From the NCBI GenBank assembly GCA_001818315.1, contig MHKF01000013.1, positions 14,612 to 78,611 on the forward strand: a stretch of DNA of 64,000 bases. Direction: 5' to 3'. The position numbers were made by a program, and so were the translations under genes. A model generated the notes under the pieces. That model saw only the letters and a list, made by a program, of their open reading frames with translations. It was not told the DNA's origin and did not search any database. Position 1 is the first letter of the stretch. The number at the start of each line of letters is the position of its first letter. This DNA is from Candidatus Kerfeldbacteria bacterium RIFCSPLOWO2_02_FULL_42_19 (GTDB lineage Bacteria; Patescibacteriota; Patescibacteriia; HO2-48-17). Below are positions 55,378-64,000 of the stretch, in pieces.

Positions 55378-56322
55378 TTATATAACACCAAAAAGTTTCA
55401 CAGTAAACACGATGTACAATAAAATGTAGAATAATCCCTCCCAAATATGGAGACGCTTCGAAATACCGGAAATAGCAAAAAGGAGAGTCGTAATAATGAG
55501 TACTGGCAATCCGATCGCGTAGGTCTTTTCGTCGACATTTAAATCGGCGAAAAGACCTGGGATACCCACAACGACAAAAGCATTGAAAACATTCGAACCA
55601 AAAATATTTCCGAGGGCAATATCTGCCTTTTTTTGTAAACCTGCTTTGACTGAAACTGCGAGTTCTGGTAGCGATGTGCCGGCCGCTACCGCTGTCACCG
55701 TAATAACACCCGTGGCTATATTAAGTAGAGTAGAAAGTTCGATCACCGATCGCACCAAAAATTTGGCGCCGAGGATTAAAGCAGCAAAACCCAATATCAG
55801 AATGACGATATCGAGCGCACGGATCTGCGGGCGTTTGGATTTTTGATTTTTTAGTTCATCCGAATTTTGATCATCATGATACAGGACTGTATACGCAAGA
55901 TAAATCCCGTATCCAACGAGAAGCAAAATCGCTTCTGCAAAATTTACTTGTTTATCATAACTCATCAGAATCAAAAAAACGGTGCTGATAAAAATCAATG
56001 GGATGTCAAGATCAACAATATCTTTCGTGACCGCAAGTTTTTTTGCAACGACCGCAGATGCACCTGCGATAATGAGAATATTAAAAAGATTTGAACCAAC
56101 GGCATTGGCTACAGGAACGTCCAGTGCACCTTCGAAAACTGCAATGAGTGAAGACGCAAGTTCTGGTAGTGATGTTCCTGCACCAACGATAGTAACTCCT
56201 ACAATAAAAGGAGTGAGTCCTAACGCCAGACCTATCTTTTCGCTACTCGTCAGCAGCCAATCTGCGCCTTTCACTATGGCGGCAAGTGAAAAAAGGAACA
56301 CGATGATCCAAAAAATGAGCAT
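55378..56322 (-). CDS. Ca2+/Na+ antiporter (CaCA family, YrbG-like)
   Basis: Duplicated alpha-repeats GTSLPELASSL and GTSLPELAVSV. About 10 TM helices. Confidence 0.85.
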   Translation of the reverse strand: MLIFWIIVFLFSLAAIVKGADWLLTSSEKIGLALGLTPFIVGVTIVGAGTSLPELASSLIAVFEGALDVPVANAVGSNLFNILIIAGASAVVAKKLAVTKDIVDLDIPLIFISTVFLILMSYDKQVNFAEAILLLVGYGIYLAYTVLYHDDQNSDELKNQKSKRPQIRALDIVILILGFAALILGAKFLVRSVIELSTLLNIATGVITVTAVAAGTSLPELAVSVKAGLQKKADIALGNIFGSNVFNAFVVVGIPGLFADLNVDEKTYAIGLPVLIITTLLFAISGISKRLHIWEGLFYILLYIVFTVKLFGVI

Positions 56323-56350
56323 ATTTTGTTTTTAAATTTTATATTCGATC

Positions 56351-56424
56351 GGTGGCTGGGGGCAGGATCGAACTGCCGACGCCAGGATTTTCAGTCCTGC
56401 GCTCTACCACTGAGCTACCCAGCC
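56351..56424 (-). tRNA. tRNA-Phe(GAA)
   Basis: Reverse complement GGCTGGGTAGCTCAGTGGTAGAGCGCAGGACTGAAAATCCTGGCGTCGGCAGTTCGATCCTGCCCCCAGCCACC. Confidence 0.8.
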
Positions 56425-56431
56425 AAGCGCG

Positions 56432-56505
56432 TGGGCATACCTGGAGTTGAACCAGGGACCTCAGTCTTATCAGGACTGCGCTCTAACCAACTGAGCTATA
56501 TGCCC
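56432..56505 (-). tRNA. tRNA-Ile(GAT)
   Basis: Reverse complement GGGCATATAGCTCAGTTGGTTAGAGCGCAGTCCTGATAAGACTGAGGTCCCTGGTTCAACTCCAGGTATGCCCA. Confidence 0.8.
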
Positions 56506-56726
56506 GAGAGTACACTCAAAGTAACAAAAAAAATATATTTTGTAAACGATCAGAAAAAGAGCCTTCCGGCTCTTTTTCTTTTTTTTATCAACTGAAAGTG
56601 ATAGAATCCTTTTCCCAATAATGGGTTCAAACATCGATTCATTCCATCAATGAAGTAAACTTGCATTGATGTCGACCACGACTTGTAAGCATACTTCGAG
56701 AGTATGCTCCAAGTATTACTCCTTAG

Positions 56727-58730
<2,004 letters not shown>

Positions 58731-58949
58731 AAGCATAACCTTTGAGATTATGCTCAATACACCAGAATATCCTTAAGCATTGCTTAAGGAGAATTGACGT
58801 TTGAAATTTTGAATCTTTAATGGTGCACTTAAAGATCCACCGTACAAAAATGTACGGAGATTCTATCACGTTTCAATTGACAAAGTCCGAGCATTTTGCC
58901 CACAACAACAACTCAAAATCAAGCGGTCATCATTTTCGAGAGTAACTCT

Positions 58950-58978
58950 ATAATAATGTGAAAGGCTGTGCATGTCAA
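58950..58978 (-). promoter_or_regulatory. rRNA promoter: consensus TTGACA-N17-TATTAT
   Basis: Minus strand CCTTGACATGCACAGCCTTTCACATTATTATAGAG, about 220 nt upstream of the 16S 5' end. Confidence 0.6.
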
Positions 58979-59119
58979 GGAAAAATGGAAGGTAAAAAGC
59001 GAAGGGGTCGCTGCACCTGCGGAGGTGAATGCAACAACTCTCTTCGCTTCTTTTCTTCGTAACAAAATTACGATGTACAATCAAGTTGTGTGTTTGTTGT
59101 CGAAGGTGCGGGAGATTCT

Positions 59120-59593
59120 TCAGCGCACGTGTGTTCTCTGAAAGAAGAGCTTCGCACGGAGACGGAGAACGTCATCAAGCGCAATGAACGTGGGTGCGAA
59201 TATGCTCAGCGCGGTCGTGAGTGCTACAGAAATCACGAACACTAAAGGTATGCGCGTTTCCTTATGCAACAAGCCGATAATAATAACCTCTGCGATAGCC
59301 GCGAGGATTACTGGTAGACCTGCGGGCATGAGAGCGAGTAAAATCAGTGGCCAATTCTGCTGGGCTTCTTCCTTCATGAGATACATCGGCGCCGAAAGTC
59401 CGCATGCGACGAAAGCTGAGAGTGTAATGCTTGCAACGTGCAAATTCCCGAGCGCAAGCGCAAGCACACTCGATACGCTGCAGAATAGTACTGTTGCGTA
59501 CAAAGTCAGAGTCGGCCTGCTTTTGTAGAAGCAAAAAAAGATCGTGAGTATCAATGCGGTCGTGACTGCCGCTGTGCTTATCATGAAAATCAT
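59120..59593 (-). CDS. hypothetical membrane protein (4-5 TM helices)
   Basis: 157 aa. No family recognised. Confidence 0.4.
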   Translation of the reverse strand: MIFMISTAAVTTALILTIFFCFYKSRPTLTLYATVLFCSVSSVLALALGNLHVASITLSAFVACGLSAPMYLMKEEAQQNWPLILLALMPAGLPVILAAIAEVIIIGLLHKETRIPLVFVISVALTTALSIFAPTFIALDDVLRLRAKLFFQRTHVR

Positions 59594-59714
59594 GATGCAC
59601 CTCCTTTCTCGAAAATGGATAGAAACGAAAACCCTTCAACGAACTTTGATACCGTCGCAATGTTGTTACGACCCTGTTGCTCAATGCCATTACTATTATC
59701 ATTTAATTCCGTGA

Positions 59715-59745
59715 CAAAAGCGCATTCGTCGACAGTCCTGTTACG
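59715..59745 (-). repeat. solo MITE TIR remnant (GTGACAAAAGCGCATTCGTCGACAGTCC)
   Basis: Matches the TIR. It lies just downstream of the trmD stop. Confidence 0.5.
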
Positions 59746-59748
59746 AAA

Positions 59749-60408
59749 TCACCCTACGATTCGTTTTCTTTTTGCAGCGCGCCATGTGGCGATTTTTTTG
59801 TGATCTCCTGAAAGCAACACTTTTGGTACTTTCAAGTTCTCCCAGACCGCTGGACGAGTGTACTGTGGATACTCCAAAAAACCCTCTTCCGAAAATGACT
59901 CGTCTTGCGTCGACTCGTTTTTTCCTAATACACCAGGGATAAGCCTCGTTACTGCATCAAGAATAATCAGTGCTGGAAGTTCTCCTCCGGTGAGGACATA
60001 GTGCCCGATAGAAATTTCTTCGTCAACAAACTTTACGACACGTTCATCAACGCCTTCGTAATGGCCGCATATTAAAATCAGTTGATGATATTTTGAAAGT
60101 GTCTGTGCTTTTTTTTGTGTGAATATTTTTCCACGAGCCGAGAGCAAAATCACTCGCGAAGATTTTTTCCTTGGCACAGCACGAAGCGCGCATGCGATCG
60201 GCTCCACTTTCATTACCATTCCTGGTCCGCCGCCGTACGGAGTATCATCAACGATTTTGTGTTTATCGAACGCAAAGTCTCGAATGTTATGAACGTAAAA
60301 ACGCACAAGTTTTTTTGCTTGCGCACGTTTCATGATGCTTTCATCAAGATAAGAATCAAAAATATTTGGAAATATCGTGAGGAGATCAAAACGTTTGAAT
60401 GTTGGCAT
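59749..60408 (-). CDS. trmD: tRNA (guanine37-N1)-methyltransferase TrmD
   Basis: F-x-LTIFP N-terminus, and the YGGGPGMV and ILICGHYEGVDERV SPOUT knot motifs. Confidence 0.9.
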   Translation of the reverse strand: MPTFKRFDLLTIFPNIFDSYLDESIMKRAQAKKLVRFYVHNIRDFAFDKHKIVDDTPYGGGPGMVMKVEPIACALRAVPRKKSSRVILLSARGKIFTQKKAQTLSKYHQLILICGHYEGVDERVVKFVDEEISIGHYVLTGGELPALIILDAVTRLIPGVLGKNESTQDESFSEEGFLEYPQYTRPAVWENLKVPKVLLSGDHKKIATWRAAKRKRIVG

Positions 60409-60526
60409 AAATGAAAGTATACAATCTCATTGACGGCTAGAGCTTAACTTAAAAATTTTAGATGAATTCTAACCAAAATCCCCCAGAAATGGGGGAGTTT
60501 GGATTTTTTGAGAACGATGCGAAATT

Positions 60527-60859
60527 TTAAAGTTTCAGATCGTCCATTCCACTTTCATCCATTCCTGCGCTTTCATGAGAAGATGGACGATTACCGCCCT
60601 TACGATCTCCTTCTGGTTCGAGAATCTTGAGATTCACTCGAGCTTGGTGTTTGGCACCAACGACACGGAGGAGAGTTCTGATGGCTTTGGCTGTTTGACC
60701 TTGCCGACCAATCACTTGACCTAAGTCAGTCGGATTCACTTTCAGGGTGATGAGTACACCCATTTCATCGACCGTACGGACTGCTTCAACGGCGTCAGGA
60801 TTATCTACGATCGATTTCACAACGTAATCAACGAATTCCTGATCTTTGTATTGAGACAT
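60527..60859 (-). CDS. KH-domain RNA-binding protein (YlqC/KhpA-like), sits where rimM normally lies in the rpsP-trmD operon
   Basis: 110 aa. KH GxxG loop VIGRQGQTAKAIRTLL. C-terminal Gly/Asp-rich tail. Confidence 0.75.
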   Translation of the reverse strand: MSQYKDQEFVDYVVKSIVDNPDAVEAVRTVDEMGVLITLKVNPTDLGQVIGRQGQTAKAIRTLLRVVGAKHQARVNLKILEPEGDRKGGNRPSSHESAGMDESGMDDLKL

Positions 60860-61068
60860 AAGGTGGTATTAAGAGTTATATGTGTAGGTCACCCATCCGT
60901 AAGTTACCCTGACAAACGCTCTCACTTCGACCTTTACATAGTATTTCAAAAGCGTTGATTCAGGTTTTGTAAAGTACGAACGAGAGACTCAATGATTGAG
61001 ATTATACCTTATTTCTGCAAAAAGTCAAACGCGACGTTTTCGTATTTTTACGGCTGAAATAAAAAAAA

Positions 61069-61422
61069 TTATGCTTTTGTTGCCTGAGTTTCGTTCTTTG
61101 TAGTTTTGAGAGCAGGAGCGGCGCTCGCAGAAGGAGTTGTTTTAGCTGTTTTCTTTTTTGAACCTACGACACGCATTTTCTTACCCGTCAATAGACCAAA
61201 ATTTATAAAAAAATTATGCATCGTAGCTGAAGGTTTGGCGCCCTTCGAGAGCCAGTACTGAATCCGATCTTTCTTCACATGAGCAGTCTGCTGTTGATGT
61301 GGATTATAAAATCCCAAAATCTCACGCGCAGCAGAGGTCGCGGCTTGCGTTTTTTCCTGCAGAACGATACGAAATTGAGGATTGTTTCTTTTACCGATGC
61401 GCGAGAGGCGAATAGTGAGCAT
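61069..61422 (-). CDS. rpsP: 30S ribosomal protein S16 with a basic C-terminal extension
   Basis: MLTIRLSRIGKRNNPQFRIVL...YNPHQQ is the classic bS16 N-terminus. Confidence 0.9.
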   Translation of the reverse strand: MLTIRLSRIGKRNNPQFRIVLQEKTQAATSAAREILGFYNPHQQQTAHVKKDRIQYWLSKGAKPSATMHNFFINFGLLTGKKMRVVGSKKKTAKTTPSASAAPALKTTKNETQATKA

Positions 61423-61604
61423 AGAGAGTAAAATGCTGAAAAGAATAAAGAATAGTGCACAGCAACAGAACTTGTTTGATTGTATAAAAAAGAGTTGTAT
61501 TGGTCAAGGTTTGCATTCGTCGATTAACACCTGTATACGTAACGAGCCCCTTGATGCAGAGGCTCGGCTTTCAAAAGAGAGTTGAAATTGCAGTTGACTC
61601 TCGT

Positions 61605-62252
61605 TCAAATTTCCAGAAGTTCCAAGAGGTTTTCGATATTAGCGATAACGACGTCAGCTCCTGAAGCACGCAAATGAGTGTGATCAACTGTATTGCTGAT
61701 GCCAATCGCCAAAATCTTATTGCGGGTGGCGATGACCATATCGTGTGGCCCGTCACCTATGTACGCTGCTGCTCTACAGAATTCGGGCAGTGGAATGTCA
61801 ACAAATTCTGCAAATCGCTGGATGTGCTGATCTCCCTTCGGGATCTCGTCTGAACCAATAATAAGATCACAGGGAATTTCATATCCCCGAAATAGCACCT
61901 CGAGATCGGGTGTTCGAGATCCACTCGTTGCAAAGATCAAACAACCAGCCTTTTGTATCTTACAAAATGTCTCTCGAACTCCAGGAAAAAGCGGCGCCTC
62001 TGCTCCATTCGCGAGATGAAAAAAATCATGTACGAGTGTCTGAAGTTGCTGCGTCGAAAAACTGATCTTGTGTTTCTTCAAGACCTCCTCAAATTGCTGC
62101 GTAATAGGCGCCCCGGAGGTATGCAGATAATAACGCTGCGCTGCCTCAGTAGAGATTCCGAAAACTGCGACGAGGTCACTGAAGTTACGGGTATAGAGCG
62201 GCATGCGATCAAATACAACACCATCTACATCCGTAATGAGGTACTTCGTCAT
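61605..62252 (-). CDS. HAD-superfamily hydrolase
   Basis: Motif I ITDVDGVVFD, motif II FATSGS, motif IV GDGPHD. Confidence 0.75.
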   Translation of the reverse strand: MTKYLITDVDGVVFDRMPLYTRNFSDLVAVFGISTEAAQRYYLHTSGAPITQQFEEVLKKHKISFSTQQLQTLVHDFFHLANGAEAPLFPGVRETFCKIQKAGCLIFATSGSRTPDLEVLFRGYEIPCDLIIGSDEIPKGDQHIQRFAEFVDIPLPEFCRAAAYIGDGPHDMVIATRNKILAIGISNTVDHTHLRASGADVVIANIENLLELLEI

Positions 62253-62425
62253 GTCTTACCTCCTTTCCGGCATATACCGTACTTACTCTGATTGTGTTTA
62301 TCATACGAAAACAGTAGTACGATTGCTCTGATGGTAACGTAGAGACATGTGCTGAGTCAAATACATTTTTTGAACACATAGAAAATTTATGTTATTCTTC
62401 TTTCGGTTCAATTTGAACCTTCATA

Positions 62426-62660
62426 AAGGACTTGCCTCAAGACCTATATGGACACACATGTGCAACAGCCTTGGAGATATGCGCCGAAAGCGAGTGTTAC
62501 GGTTTTGCCAGAATTGATTTCGTCCTGGACACAAAAAAGCGCCCTTATGTGCTTGAAATGAATACGATTCCAGGATTGCAGAAGGATAGTAATTTTTTTT
62601 GTGCGCCGAAGCGGCAGGGATAACGCCTGGAACGGTCTTGCTTTCTTTACTTTACCGTGC
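62426..62660 (+). pseudogene. ddl: D-alanine--D-alanine ligase (ATP-grasp) C-terminal remnant with a homopolymer frameshift
   Basis: Only the last ~80 aa are present (GFARIDFVLDTKKRPYVLEMNTIPGL...). After a T8 run at 62593-62600 the reading shifts, and the +1 frame continues AEAAGITPGTVLLSLLYRALQ*. I read this as the Ddl C-terminus. Nothing lies upstream. Confidence 0.55.
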
Positions 62661-62897
62661 CTTGCAGTGAATCCAAACGATTGATAAATTGGGGAGACCC
62701 TATGGAAAGAATCGTCTCGCAATATCAAGTTCCGCTCATCCGCCAGCGAATGACCAAAGAGGAGGGGTTCCCTACGGAAGAAGAAGCTAGAACAAACGCA
62801 TATATTTCGTATATCCTGAATCAAAATGAAAATTGCCAGAGCGAAATTTCAAATTGCGACAACAAGATTATTATGAAACAAGTCTCATAATCTCTCC

Positions 62898-64000
62898 TTA
62901 GCCCTGCGCATGAGCTAAAGTTTGTGCGTGTCTGTGCGTGAGAGCGTCTTCAAGTCTAAGACTTAAAATGCGTGAGGCTCCATTGTGACTGAGAGTCACA
63001 CCGTACAACGTATTGGCGTGATGCATAGTGACACGATTGTGTGTAATCACAATGAACTGTATTTTTTGTGAAAGCTTTTTTAGGATAGCGGCGAATGTTT
63101 CAGAATTCGCTTCATCGAGTGCAGCTTCGACTTCATCCAGTACTACGAACGGTGCGGGATTTGTTTCCAAGATCGCAGCAAGTAATGCTAAAGCAGTTAA
63201 TGCTTTTTCTCCGCCAGAGAGTGCTTGTACGTTTTTCGTCTTTTTGCCCGGCGGGATTGCGAAAATTTCGATACCTGAGATAATTTTTTTCTGTTTGTTA
63301 AGAATTTTCTGCACAAGAGGGAGATGTTCTGCATCGAGTGTGGCTTCTTGCTTTGCCTGTTCTACAAGCGCATGGCTCGTTGGATTTTCGCCCTCTCCAA
63401 AAGTCACACTAGGCACTGCATTCTCTGCAGCTTCATTTTCTTTTGCATCTTTTTCTTCGGTGACTAACTTCAACTGTGCTTCGCCTCCGCCAAACAGAAC
63501 TTTAAAATATGTATGAAAATGTTTGTCTATGAAACGGAACGATTGAGAAAATTGTTTGTGGATCGTCACATCGAGTTCTTCGATAATATGTTCCAAATCT
63601 TTAAGCGCAGTCTGCAGATCATCCAGCTGTTTTGAGAGGAATTCGTAACGCTCATGAGTATCGTTATATTCTTTCGTGATATCCGGATCAATACCGCCAA
63701 TAAGCTCGAGTTGATGCGCGAGATGCTTTATATCACTCTCGAGTTCATGAAAATTTTCGATTGTTTTCTGAAATTTTTGTGCGGCGTGGAGAGTAGCTTC
63801 CGTAAGTTCCCGACGCATTTCTTCTAGTAAGTCTTCCTTTTTTGTGAGGATGCGTGTGTGTTCTATGCGTGCAGCTTCCAATTTCTGATTGACGGCATTC
63901 AAAGCATTTTGCACATCACGCGCTTCTTGCTGCAATGCAATCAACATATCTTTTTTCTCCTGTTCTTTTGTATGGAACTTGTCGATTTCCTTATACAATT
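62898..64000 (-). CDS. smc: chromosome segregation protein SMC, C-terminal part (gene continues beyond the window end)
   Basis: Coiled-coil region, then the ABC signature LSGGEKALTALALLAAI, Walker B VVLDEVEAALD, and H-loop ITHN. Confidence 0.8.
   Translation of the reverse strand, partial: LYKEIDKFHTKEQEKKDMLIALQQEARDVQNALNAVNQKLEAARIEHTRILTKKEDLLEEMRRELTEATLHAAQKFQKTIENFHELESDIKHLAHQLELIGGIDPDITKEYNDTHERYEFLSKQLDDLQTALKDLEHIIEELDVTIHKQFSQSFRFIDKHFHTYFKVLFGGGEAQLKLVTEEKDAKENEAAENAVPSVTFGEGENPTSHALVEQAKQEATLDAEHLPLVQKILNKQKKIISGIEIFAIPPGKKTKNVQALSGGEKALTALALLAAILETNPAPFVVLDEVEAALDEANSETFAAILKKLSQKIQFIVITHNRVTMHHANTLYGVTLSHNGASRILSLRLEDALTHRHAQTLAHAQG

Overview
This 64-kb window looks like a small, AT-rich (about 40% GC), standard-genetic-code bacterial genome of the Patescibacteria/CPR type. 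The main support is a 16S rRNA gene on the minus strand that carries a roughly 510-nt insertion with no ORF, is not linked to a 23S gene, and is followed by tRNA-Ile and tRNA-Phe.

Housekeeping genes make up most of the window:
- tig, ppa, nusA, yraN, rnhB, gdhA, trxB, trxA
- a PilB/GspE ATPase, tsaD, Hsp20, VanW, ruvB, SpoIID and DUF2207
- a complete SUF Fe-S cluster operon: Rrf2 regulator, sufC, sufB, sufD, a Rieske ferredoxin, sufS, sufU and a DUF59 protein
- a Ca/Na antiporter, and the rpsP-KH-trmD cluster
- a partial SMC gene
- ten tRNA genes

Several unusual elements sit among these genes:
1. A family of about 160-bp MITE-like elements shares terminal inverted repeats (TIRs), GGGTCTGTCGCCGAATRCGCTTTCGTCTGTGAAA. 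It comes in two architectures. One carries a conserved palindromic core flanked by a variable stem that keeps its pairing through compensatory changes. Solo TIR remnants are also scattered around, and one of them supplies the C-terminal tail and stop codon of gdhA.
2. A perfect 16-bp palindrome, TGTTCCACGTGGAACA, occurs four times within 1.5 kb in and around a TrmB-family regulator gene.
3. Three GC-rich (55-60%) islands are probably horizontally acquired. One encodes a 3-hydroxyacyl-CoA dehydrogenase/enoyl-CoA hydratase fusion. One encodes an outer-membrane-like beta-barrel protein. One is a roughly 450-bp ORF-free region inside the suf operon with its own minus-strand terminator, which I treat as a candidate structured RNA.
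4. There are gene remnants of a fatty-acid desaturase, a D-Ala-D-Ala ligase and a HAD hydrolase.
5. A VirD4/TraG-like ATPase sits next to a DEDD exonuclease.

Every call comes from reading the sequence and the supplied translations. I ran no database searches.
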